A DNA stretch of 64,000 nucleotides from Candidatus Bathyarchaeota archaeon (GTDB lineage: Archaea; Thermoproteota; Bathyarchaeia; Bathyarchaeales; Bathycorpusculaceae): the NCBI GenBank assembly GCA_963715865.1, contig OY970280.1, positions 2,144,001 to 2,208,000 of the forward strand. Direction: 5' to 3'. Of this stretch, positions 1 to 8,797 are shown piece by piece. How positions within the stretch are numbered: position 1 is the stretch's first letter; the number at the start of each line of letters is the position of its first letter. Below the pieces are notes generated by a model. The model did not search any database and was not told the origin of the DNA. It was given only the letters and a program-made list of their open reading frames with translations. A program made the translations under genes and the position numbers.

Positions 1-1
1 C

Positions 2-367
2 ATACTTCAGCAGTCACCAAGAAATGGCGCTGAAATAATGGATCAAATTGAAATAGCCACTCAAGGTTGGTGGAGACCGTCCCCAGGCTCTGTTTACCCA
101 TTGCTTGAAGAGTTGCAAAAAGAGGGAAACATCAAAAAACTCGAAGACGGCAGGTATGAAATCACAGAAAAAGGCAAGCAAGAATTCGAGTGGCCATGGG
201 GCATGCCAAAAAAGCAATCACACACCGTGGACGAAGTCATAGCGGAGATAAATGTTTACGTTTCGTATCTTGAAGACCTTGCCAAATCAGACAATTCCAA
301 ACTTGCTCCGTTCTCACAGAAGATCAAAGAATTACAGGCAAGACTCTCAAAAATCGGGACAGGTTGA
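2..367 (+). CDS. PadR-family transcriptional regulator (5'-truncated by window edge)
   Basis: Frame is open from base 2 (ILQQSPRNGAEIM...); PadR signature WRPSPGSVYPLLEELQKEG...YEITEKG; lies upstream of an ABC exporter pair. Confidence 0.9.
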   Translation: MLQQSPRNGAEIMDQIEIATQGWWRPSPGSVYPLLEELQKEGNIKKLEDGRYEITEKGKQEFEWPWGMPKKQSHTVDEVIAEINVYVSYLEDLAKSDNSKLAPFSQKIKELQARLSKIGTG

Positions 368-373
368 TCCAAC

Positions 374-1402
374 ATGACTGCAACGCAAGTAGGAACTCCG
401 TTGTCTTCGGCCATTGTGAAGGTCGAAAAACTCTCAAAAACCTTCGGCAATTTGAAAGCCGTTGACAACGTTAGCTTCGAGATCAAAGAAGGAGAAATTT
501 TCGGCTTACTCGGCCCCAATGGAGCTGGCAAGACCACCACTATAAACATGCTTACTACTCTGCTCAAGCCTACTTCTGGAGACGCGAAAGTTTGTGGCTT
601 CAACATACTCAAACAGGCAAACGAAGTGCGAAGAAACGTCGGAGTTGTGCCGCAAGAGTACACAGCTGATGAAGACATGACAGGAAAAAACAACATCCTT
701 CTCTGCGCCGATCTCTACGGCATACCCAGAAGTGATTCAAAACCACATGCAGAAGAGCTGCTAAAACTGGTGGAGCTTCAAGACGCTGCAAACAAAAAGG
801 TCAGCACATACTCGGGAGGAATGCGCAGGAGACTGGAGCTCGCATGCGGTTTGATCAATTATCCGAGACTGTTGTTCTTGGATGAACCAACGCTTGGCCT
901 TGACGTTCAAACACGCACCGCAGTCTGGAAATACATAAAAACGCTGAAAGAGGAATATCGCATGACTCTTTTAATGACAACTCACTACCTCGAAGAAGCT
1001 GACTCGCTTTGCGATAGAATAGCGATAATCGATCACGGCCACATCATAAAAATTGGTTCACCCGAAGAGCTAAAGGAAAGCGTCGGAGGGGACGTAATTA
1101 TTATAGTCATCAAGGAACTGGAGCCGGATATTTCATCCGATATTGCACAGATAAAGTTGGTAAAAGACGTTAAGAAAAACAATAACACTTACCGCATCAA
1201 GGCGGAGCTTGGAGAGGAAGCCTCGCCACAGATCACGGATCTAATTCGATCCAAGGGGCTTCACGTAACGAGAGTCTCGTTAACAAAGCCAACCTTGGAC
1301 GAGGCATACCTAGAATTTACAGGGCGCAGCCTAAGGGAAGAAGAAGTTGACAAGCTCCAGATGTTTCGTCAACGTGTGACTATAAGGAGAGCAAGATCGT
1401 AG
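374..1402 (+). CDS. ABC exporter ATP-binding subunit (DrrA-like)
   Basis: Walker A GPNGAGKTT, signature YSGGMRRRLELA, Walker B LFLDEPT, H-loop TTHYLEEA. Confidence 0.95.
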   Translation: MTATQVGTPLSSAIVKVEKLSKTFGNLKAVDNVSFEIKEGEIFGLLGPNGAGKTTTINMLTTLLKPTSGDAKVCGFNILKQANEVRRNVGVVPQEYTADEDMTGKNNILLCADLYGIPRSDSKPHAEELLKLVELQDAANKKVSTYSGGMRRRLELACGLINYPRLLFLDEPTLGLDVQTRTAVWKYIKTLKEEYRMTLLMTTHYLEEADSLCDRIAIIDHGHIIKIGSPEELKESVGGDVIIIVIKELEPDISSDIAQIKLVKDVKKNNNTYRIKAELGEEASPQITDLIRSKGLHVTRVSLTKPTLDEAYLEFTGRSLREEEVDKLQMFRQRVTIRRARS

Positions 1403-1414
1403 AAGTGAAAAGCC

Positions 1415-2350
1415 ATGGACAAGACTGAATCAAAAAAAGAAATGCCATTAGAAGGTCCCACTGTTCAAGAAAAACAAACCGAAGTTTCTGCAGGGAAAGA
1501 CAGAACATTAAGAACCCCTCCGAAGCTTAACAGGAGTCCCCTGCATGGTTTATGGGCGCTAACAAACAGAGACTTGAGAAAGTGGTACACTAACCCAGTC
1601 CAGCTCATTGTGTCGTTAATCCAACCGATAGTCTGGCTAGGGCTGTTCGGGAAAGCCTTGAACTTTGGGTCTTTCATTTCCGGCTCAGGAGCCTCACCAG
1701 CACAACAAAACGCGATTTTGCAGAGTTTTTTCGGCACAACCAGCTACTTTTCATTTTTGGCTTGTGGAATGCTTGCCTTCATAGTCCTCTTTACTTCTGC
1801 GTTCAGCGGAATGTCGGTCGTTTTTGACCGCAGGTTTGGTTTCCTAAACAAGGCATTAAGCACACCAGTGGCACGCGGATCGATCGTAATGGGCAAAATC
1901 CTGCAAAGCGTTGGCAGGTCACTGGTTCAAGCCGCCATAATCCTGGTCATCGCGGTGCTGCTAGGGATGGACACAACTCATTTCACCGTCCCCGGAATTG
2001 CGGGAACATTCGTCGTCATTTTCCTCATGGGCATGGGATTATCCGCGCTGTTCACCATGCTCGCATTAAGGTCAGCTGATTGGCAGACTCAAATGGCGAT
2101 AATCAACCTGATTAACCTCCCGTTGCTATTCGCAAGCAACGCACTGTTCCCGACAAAAATAATGCCAACATGGCTTCAAGACGTCGTAAAGGTCAACCCA
2201 GTCAGTTACGCTAATGACGCGACAAGGCAACTTTTGATAGGCGCGACGGGCATGAACAATCTTCTAGTAGACTTTGCGATCCTCATCGGGTTTGCGGCAA
2301 TACTGTCTGCAGTCGGAATCGTCCTCTCTTGGAAACTCCTCGCCAAATAA
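1415..2350 (+). CDS. ABC-2 type exporter permease
   Basis: About 6 hydrophobic segments, DRRFGFL and NPVSYA ABC-2 motifs, adjacent to the ATPase. Confidence 0.92.
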   Translation: MDKTESKKEMPLEGPTVQEKQTEVSAGKDRTLRTPPKLNRSPLHGLWALTNRDLRKWYTNPVQLIVSLIQPIVWLGLFGKALNFGSFISGSGASPAQQNAILQSFFGTTSYFSFLACGMLAFIVLFTSAFSGMSVVFDRRFGFLNKALSTPVARGSIVMGKILQSVGRSLVQAAIILVIAVLLGMDTTHFTVPGIAGTFVVIFLMGMGLSALFTMLALRSADWQTQMAIINLINLPLLFASNALFPTKIMPTWLQDVVKVNPVSYANDATRQLLIGATGMNNLLVDFAILIGFAAILSAVGIVLSWKLLAK

Positions 2351-2372
2351 ACCTATAAAAAAGGATGTTAAG

Positions 2373-2912
2373 TTGACAGAAAAATCAGTAAAGAACAATA
2401 ATCCAATTTGGATAGCCCGAGATCTCGCAAGATGCAGCGGGTGTCGAAAATGCGAAATCGCCTGCTCTCTAAGTCACGAAAACAGAATCTGGCCTGAAGC
2501 ATCTAGAGTCCATGTGTTCATGCTGGTTCCAGGCACAGAATTTCCCCACTTATGCACGCAATGTGAAGATTATCCTTGCGTTGAAGCTTGCCCATTCAAA
2601 GCTCTTGCCGTAAACAAGGGTACCAGCGCCGTCACCGTTAACGTGGAGAAGTGCACGGGTTGCGGTAAATGCATAGATGCCTGCCCTGGGAAAGTACCGC
2701 ATGTTCACCCGCAAACTAAGAAGATTTTGATCTGTGACCTGTGCGGTGGCGATCCGAAGTGCGCCAAAGTTTGCCAGGAAGGAGGCTGGAACTGCTTAAG
2801 AGTTGTTGAGCGAGAGGATCATGAGTTTAAGCTTTATGCACGTGCTCCTGAGGAGACTGCTAGAAACCTTGCGATTAAGCTGTACGGCGAGAAAGCGGAG
2901 GAGTTTCTCTAA
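2373..2912 (+). CDS. 4Fe-4S dicluster electron-transfer subunit of the AOR-family enzyme
   Basis: CSGCRKCEIAC, CTQCEDYPCVEACP, CTGCGKCIDACP and CDLCGGDPKCAKVC motifs; probable TTG start at 2373; stop overlaps the AOR start. Confidence 0.9.
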   Translation: MTEKSVKNNNPIWIARDLARCSGCRKCEIACSLSHENRIWPEASRVHVFMLVPGTEFPHLCTQCEDYPCVEACPFKALAVNKGTSAVTVNVEKCTGCGKCIDACPGKVPHVHPQTKKILICDLCGGDPKCAKVCQEGGWNCLRVVEREDHEFKLYARAPEETARNLAIKLYGEKAEEFL

Positions 2913-4789
2913 TGCTAGGTTACGCTGGAAAATTCTTGGAAGTTGACCTTTCAAATCTAAGCTTCAAAAACACTACGCTTCCTGAAGAGTGGCTTAAAGA
3001 CTATATCGGCGGCAGAGCGCTAGCTGCAAAAATCCTAAGTGAAAGACTCATTCACAAATGGGAAAACGTGGACCCACTTGGACCGGAAAATATCCTGCTG
3101 TTTCTGCCTGGACCTTTCACGGGATATTTCCCAGGCGGCAGAACCTGCGTTACAGGCAAATCACCTCAAAGCAACGGTGTGGTGGGCTCCACGGTTGGTG
3201 GCGAGTTCGGCGTAGAACTTCGATGTGCAGGTTACGACGGCATAATCGTGTTGGGCAAAGCTGAGAAGCCAGTTTACTTGTTCATTAAGGATTCCGATGT
3301 GGAGTTGAGGGATGCCAGCGGCGTCTGGGGCAAAGACGCTAAACAAACCGATGCTTTGTTGAACCGGGAATGCCGACGGTTGTTGGCTGAGCGTTATCCG
3401 CATGTGGGTGTTTGGAAGGAGCCTGCTAAACTGTACATTGGACCAGCGGGTGAACGGAAAGTTCGGACCTCGGTGGTTGTGGCTAAGTGGACTCATGCGG
3501 CGGGTTACGGTGGATACGGTGCGGTTATGGGGTCAAAAAACCTTAAAGCAGTCGCCGTTAAAGGCACGGGACCCTTGCCTGAAGTGGCGGATTTGGAGAA
3601 AATCAAGCTGATGATTGATGAAGTCTGCAGAGGCTCATACCGTAACGTGTTGTGGCGCAGGTGGGGAACCGGCGGGGGCGGCTACAGTTTCGGCGCAGAA
3701 ACCAGTTCTGAGCCTGTTCGCAATTGGCAAGAAGAGTGGCATGACCAGAAAAGCTACGGCGTGGACCAGTTTGAGAACAAGGTTTGGGTAAAACCTGCAT
3801 GGAGCGATTTCGGTTGCCCCACAAACTGCTTGAAAATTAGCTGCATCCGTGCAGGCAAGTACAAAGGCGCTATAACTGATAATCCTGATTACGAGCTGCA
3901 AGCTTTTCTAGGTCCCAATTTGGGTTTGTTTACGCCTGAAGAGAACGTATACTTGTCCTCGCTTGTTGAAGATTTAGGCATGTGCGGCATTCAAGCTGGC
4001 AGCGTCTTGGGTTTTGCGGCTGAACTGTTCCAACGCGGTATCCTAACCAAGGCTGACATGGATGGTTTAGAGTTGAAATGGGGCGACGCCGACGCTTTTG
4101 CTGCATTGGCAAAGAAAATTGCCCTAAGAGAAGGCATAGGCGACTTGCTTGCAGAAGGCACATACCGTGCAGCACTTAAGCTTGGAAAGTTGAAAGGCAA
4201 AAACCTTCTGCCTTACGCTGTAACTAGCAAAGGCATCAGTATAGGCGCGCACGGCATCCGAAGCGGAAGAGACTTCTCGCGGGAAATAGGCTTCGCCTGC
4301 AGCGTGCAGGGTGGCGACCACTCATCCATGACTGACTTGCCCATTGACGGGTGGGGCAGCGAGATTTGGCAAATATTCAATGATTCAGCAGTATTGTGCA
4401 TTTTCACTTCGTTCAGTTTAACTCCAAAATTCAGATACGAATTCTACAATGCAATCACAGGACAAAGCCTCAGTCGCAAGGGATGGCTGAACGGCGGCGG
4501 ATTGAAAACGCTGCAGATACAGCGGGCTCTTCTGCTTCTCGGCGGACCAGATTTGAAGTGGAACCCGAAAGTTGACGATGATAACCCAGCGAGGTTCTAT
4601 GAGCCGTTGCCAACGGGACCCTGCAAGGGACAAGCCGCTGACAGGACAAGCGTTAAACAGAAAGTGCGGCAGTACTACGAGCAAGCAGGCTGGGACCAAA
4701 ACGGCGTACCTGCATCGGCAATTCTGGCTAAACTGGAACTAGAATATGTTGATCAGAGTTTGAGCAGGCTACAATACAGAGTATCGTAG
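2912..4789 (+). CDS. Tungsten aldehyde:ferredoxin oxidoreductase family protein (AOR/FOR/WOR)
   Basis: YIGGRALAAKIL, GGEFGVELRCAGYDG, GYGAVMGSKNLKAVAV, EDLGMC and C-terminal YYEQAGWDQNGVP motifs. Confidence 0.93.
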   Translation: MLGYAGKFLEVDLSNLSFKNTTLPEEWLKDYIGGRALAAKILSERLIHKWENVDPLGPENILLFLPGPFTGYFPGGRTCVTGKSPQSNGVVGSTVGGEFGVELRCAGYDGIIVLGKAEKPVYLFIKDSDVELRDASGVWGKDAKQTDALLNRECRRLLAERYPHVGVWKEPAKLYIGPAGERKVRTSVVVAKWTHAAGYGGYGAVMGSKNLKAVAVKGTGPLPEVADLEKIKLMIDEVCRGSYRNVLWRRWGTGGGGYSFGAETSSEPVRNWQEEWHDQKSYGVDQFENKVWVKPAWSDFGCPTNCLKISCIRAGKYKGAITDNPDYELQAFLGPNLGLFTPEENVYLSSLVEDLGMCGIQAGSVLGFAAELFQRGILTKADMDGLELKWGDADAFAALAKKIALREGIGDLLAEGTYRAALKLGKLKGKNLLPYAVTSKGISIGAHGIRSGRDFSREIGFACSVQGGDHSSMTDLPIDGWGSEIWQIFNDSAVLCIFTSFSLTPKFRYEFYNAITGQSLSRKGWLNGGGLKTLQIQRALLLLGGPDLKWNPKVDDDNPARFYEPLPTGPCKGQAADRTSVKQKVRQYYEQAGWDQNGVPASAILAKLELEYVDQSLSRLQYRVS

Positions 4790-4891
4790 TAGTTTAGCCA
4801 AACATTATCAAAAAATCTTCAACGTTCTCCACAATTTTTTTGCCTGCGTTTTTTAAAAAAATTCTATATACTTTAAATCGAAGCGTACGCA

Positions 4892-7800
4892 ATGAATTTA
4901 GACAAAGTAATGGAGAGATTAAAATTAACCCACGAGAATGCTGGCAGTTTAAGGAGGTTTGGCGTAAGCCTCGTTGGTTCTGTTCCTTGGGGAACGCATC
5001 TTTGCCAGTTTTACGAGTCAAAACAAGACCTCATTGACATTTTGGTTCCCTATTTTACTGAGGGCTTGCGCAGTAACGAGTTTTGCATGTGGATAACTTC
5101 GCCGCCTCTTGAAGTAGAAGAAGCAAGAGAAGCGCTTCAAAAAGCTGTTCCCGATTTGGATGAATACTTCAAGAAAGGGCAAATTGAGATAACCTCTTAC
5201 AACAACTGGTACTTGTTGGAAGGCAAGTTTGATTCAAACAGAGTCCTGCAGGGCTGGGTAGAAAAAGAGAAATTAGCACTGAAACGCGGCTTCGAGGGAA
5301 TGCGGCTCACAGGAAACACCTTTTGGATTGAACGCGAACTCTGGAACAGTTTTGTCGATTATGAAGAAGCAATAAACTCAGTCGTTGGACAACACCGTAT
5401 GATTGCCTTGTGCACTTACTGCCTAAAGAAATGCAACGGCACAGACATTCTCGATGTGATACGCAACCATGCGGGCACCCTGATAAAGCAGGGCGACAAG
5501 TGGAGTTTGGTTGAAGATGTTTTGCACCACAAGAAGACCGAAGAGGCGCTCAAAGTAAGAGAGCAGGATTACCTCTCTTTGTTCTCAAATATTATGGATG
5601 GCTTTGCTTACTGCAAAATGTTATTTGACCAGCACGGCAAACCAGTTGACTTCATTTACCTACAAATCAATGACGCCTTTGAAAGAATAACTGGGCTGAA
5701 AAGAGAGCTTGTGGTTGGAAGAAAGGTTACTGAAGCGATACCAGGAACCGAAAAAATCCATCCTGAATTGTTAGAAATTTACGGTAGAGTTGCCAAAACT
5801 GGGAAAAACGAAAAATTTGAAGTCTTCTTTAAGCCTCTAAGCTTATGGCTATCCATTTCTGTATACAGCCCACAAAAAGGCTATTTTGCCGCTGTATTTG
5901 AAGACATTACAGAACGCAAGCACGCCGAGCAGGAGCTTTGGCAGGCAAAGAACGATTGGGAACGCACCTTCGACGCCGTTCCAGACTTGATAGCAGTACT
6001 AGATAACAAGCATAGAATCGTGCGAGCCAACCGAGCTATGGCAGAGCAACTAGGAGTTACGCCGCAACAAGCCATCGGACTAAGCTGCTACAAATGTGTA
6101 CACGGCTCGAGCCTTCCACCAGAGTTCTGTCCTCACGTCAAAACCCTACAGGACGGCAAAGAACACATTGCAGAGGTTCATGAACCCCGCCTCGGAGGCG
6201 ACTTCTTAGTAAGTACGACCCCTCTCAGAGATGAACAGGGACGGATGATTGGTTCGGTGCATGTTGCCAGAAACATCACTGAGCGCAAACAAAACGAAGA
6301 GAAGCTTCGCAAGCTTAACCGCACCCTCAGAGCCATCAGTAACAGCAACCAAGCCCTCATGCGCGCCACGGATGAAGCATCATTTCTGCAAGAAGCATGC
6401 AGGATAATTGCGGAAGATTGCGGCTATAAGATGGTGTGGGTAGGATTAGCTGAGGACGACGAAGCTAAATCGGTTCGACCCGTTGCTTACGCTGGTTTCG
6501 AAAAAGGTTACCTTGACGCATTGAAAATTACTTGGTCAGACACAGAACGGGGACGTGGCCCCACAGGAAGGGCGATTAGCACCGGCCAGCCGCAGTTCTG
6601 CCAGAACATGCAAGCTGACCCAACGTTTAAGCCGTGGCGGGAAGAAGCACTCAAACGAGGCTACGCCTCATCTATCGCTTTGCCTCTAAAATCGGGCAAC
6701 AAAGTCTTCGGCGCCTTAACCATGTATTCTACAGAACCTAGCGCTTGTTCAGCAGATGAAGTTAAGCTACTAACCGAATTGGCAAATGACTTTGCGCATG
6801 GAATAATGATGCTTCACCTGCGCGCGGAAAAGGAGCGCTCGGAAGCTGAAATACGAAAGCAAGCAGCTCTAATCAACTTAAGTCCAGACGGCATCATTGT
6901 TCGAGAGTTGGAAGGCACTATAACCTTCTGGAGCAAAGGCGCCGAAAAACTGTACGGTTGGACAAAAGAAGAGGCCACCGGACAAAGTGCACACAAACTT
7001 TTAAAAACGAAATTCCCTGAACCATACGAAAGCATAATTGCAAAGCTTAAACAGACCGGGAAGTGGTCTGGAGAACTAATTCACACAGCCAAAACAGGAA
7101 GACGACTGACAGTTCAAAGCTGGTGGCAACCAAAACTTGACCAACATGGCGAAATCGTGGAACTCATGGAATCAAACGTGGACATTACTGAACGCAATAA
7201 GGCAGAGAATGAGCTTCGAGAAACACGAGATTATCTTGAGAGCCTGCTAAATTATGCTAACGCGCCTGTAATAGTGTGGGACCCACAATTTAGAATAACA
7301 TTATTCAATCACGCATTCGAACGACTGACAGGTCTAAACGCTTATGATGTGATAGAAAAACCCTTGGAAATACTGTTCCCAGAAGATAAGAAAGGAGAGG
7401 CAATGGCACATATTAAGCGCACACTTGAGGGTGAATATTGGGAGACAGTGGAAATTCCAATCCTCGATGTTGATGGAAACGTGAAAACAGTGCTGTGGAA
7501 TTCAGCCAACATCTACGATCCAAACGGCAAAGCGATTGTAGCTACAATCGCTCAAGGACACGATATTACCGTGCGCAAACAGATGGAAAAGAAGCTTGAA
7601 GAATACTCAAAGCACCTGGAGCAATTGGTTGAAGAACGCACAAAGCAACTGAGGGATTCAGAGAGACTTGCAACTATTGGCGCAACTGCAGGTATGGTTG
7701 GGCATGATATTCGCAATCCACTGCAAGCTATTATTGGCGATATCTTTTTGGCAAAAACAGATTTGTCTTCCCTCACTGACAGCGAACAAAAAACCTCAGT

Positions 7801-8350
7801 TCAAGAGAGCTTATTTGAAATTGAAAAGAACGTTGAGTACATTAACAAGATCGTGGCTGACCTTCAAGACTTCGCCAAACCGCTCAATCCCACTGTTATG
7901 GAGATTGACTTAAAGCGTATAATTGATGAAGTGGTAAGTAACCGTAGGATTCCAGGAAACATCCAAGCTTTCATAAAGGTTGAAAAGAACGCTGAAAGAA
8001 TTGTTGCAGATTCAGCCTATGTTCAGCGTATTCTAAGTAACTTGGTGAACAACGCTGTTCAAGCCATGCCAAACGGCGGAAAACTAACTGTACACTCATA
8101 TTGCGAAGGAAAAGACAATGTTATAACCGTTGAAGACACTGGCGTAGGCATACCTGAAGAAGCCAAAAGCAAACTGTTCACACCATTATTCACAACAAAA
8201 CCGAAAGGCCAAGGCTTCGGCTTAGCCGTGGTCAAACGCATGACAGAAGCATTAGGCGGCACAGTAACCTTCGAAAGCCAAGCAGATAACGGAACAAAGT
8301 TCATCGTTCGCTTACCTAAAAGAACAAACGGTAAGCAAGCATCCAAATAG
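4892..8350 (+). CDS. Cytoplasmic multi-sensor histidine kinase (MEDS-PAS-PAS-GAF-PAS-PAS-HisKA-HATPase)
   Basis: N-terminal MEDS-like WGTHLCQFYES...GFEGMRLTGN; four PAS/PAC units ending DITERK/NITERK/DITERN/DITVRK; GAF (RGRGPTGRAI); H-box GHDIRNPL; N-box NLVNNAVQA; G-boxes DTGVGI and GQGFGL. Confidence 0.93.
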   Translation: MNLDKVMERLKLTHENAGSLRRFGVSLVGSVPWGTHLCQFYESKQDLIDILVPYFTEGLRSNEFCMWITSPPLEVEEAREALQKAVPDLDEYFKKGQIEITSYNNWYLLEGKFDSNRVLQGWVEKEKLALKRGFEGMRLTGNTFWIERELWNSFVDYEEAINSVVGQHRMIALCTYCLKKCNGTDILDVIRNHAGTLIKQGDKWSLVEDVLHHKKTEEALKVREQDYLSLFSNIMDGFAYCKMLFDQHGKPVDFIYLQINDAFERITGLKRELVVGRKVTEAIPGTEKIHPELLEIYGRVAKTGKNEKFEVFFKPLSLWLSISVYSPQKGYFAAVFEDITERKHAEQELWQAKNDWERTFDAVPDLIAVLDNKHRIVRANRAMAEQLGVTPQQAIGLSCYKCVHGSSLPPEFCPHVKTLQDGKEHIAEVHEPRLGGDFLVSTTPLRDEQGRMIGSVHVARNITERKQNEEKLRKLNRTLRAISNSNQALMRATDEASFLQEACRIIAEDCGYKMVWVGLAEDDEAKSVRPVAYAGFEKGYLDALKITWSDTERGRGPTGRAISTGQPQFCQNMQADPTFKPWREEALKRGYASSIALPLKSGNKVFGALTMYSTEPSACSADEVKLLTELANDFAHGIMMLHLRAEKERSEAEIRKQAALINLSPDGIIVRELEGTITFWSKGAEKLYGWTKEEATGQSAHKLLKTKFPEPYESIIAKLKQTGKWSGELIHTAKTGRRLTVQSWWQPKLDQHGEIVELMESNVDITERNKAENELRETRDYLESLLNYANAPVIVWDPQFRITLFNHAFERLTGLNAYDVIEKPLEILFPEDKKGEAMAHIKRTLEGEYWETVEIPILDVDGNVKTVLWNSANIYDPNGKAIVATIAQGHDITVRKQMEKKLEEYSKHLEQLVEERTKQLRDSERLATIGATAGMVGHDIRNPLQAIIGDIFLAKTDLSSLTDSEQKTSVQESLFEIEKNVEYINKIVADLQDFAKPLNPTVMEIDLKRIIDEVVSNRRIPGNIQAFIKVEKNAERIVADSAYVQRILSNLVNNAVQAMPNGGKLTVHSYCEGKDNVITVEDTGVGIPEEAKSKLFTPLFTTKPKGQGFGLAVVKRMTEALGGTVTFESQADNGTKFIVRLPKRTNGKQASK

Positions 8351-8360
8351 CTCAGCGCTT

Positions 8361-8648
8361 TTAACCCATAATGGTTGGGTGCGCATCTTCTTCATTAATG
8401 TGATGCATAACATGAATAGCTAACCCAGTGGCAGCACCTGCAGAAAGACCCAAAAGCAAATTATTAAGCCACGCATACTGCCCAACCAACCCCAAAACTA
8501 CAAGCACATCAAAAACCAATGCAACTGCCAGGTAGCCAACGCACCACATTTTTACGCTCATGCCTCTAGGCTTGTTTATGCCAATACCTCCTAGCATGCC
8601 AAGCATGACTAAAAAGCCTACTAGAGCGTAGATCCAATCGTAATTCAA
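8361..8648 (-). CDS. Small membrane protein of unknown function (about 3 TM)
   Basis: 95-aa ORF with three hydrophobic stretches and a His-rich tail; fills the gap between two real genes. Confidence 0.7.
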   Translation of the reverse strand: MNYDWIYALVGFLVMLGMLGGIGINKPRGMSVKMWCVGYLAVALVFDVLVVLGLVGQYAWLNNLLLGLSAGAATGLAIHVMHHINEEDAHPTIMG

Positions 8649-8797
8649 ACTTTTTCACCTGTTAGTCTGGCTATGTTCATTTTGAGCTTAATTAGTTTAT
8701 CTAATACACGCATTCGTTAAAGATGCATTATTGTTAAGCAGAGTACATACCGTTAACTTTTTTTACTTTCAATCTAGAATCATAACAACCCAAGGAG

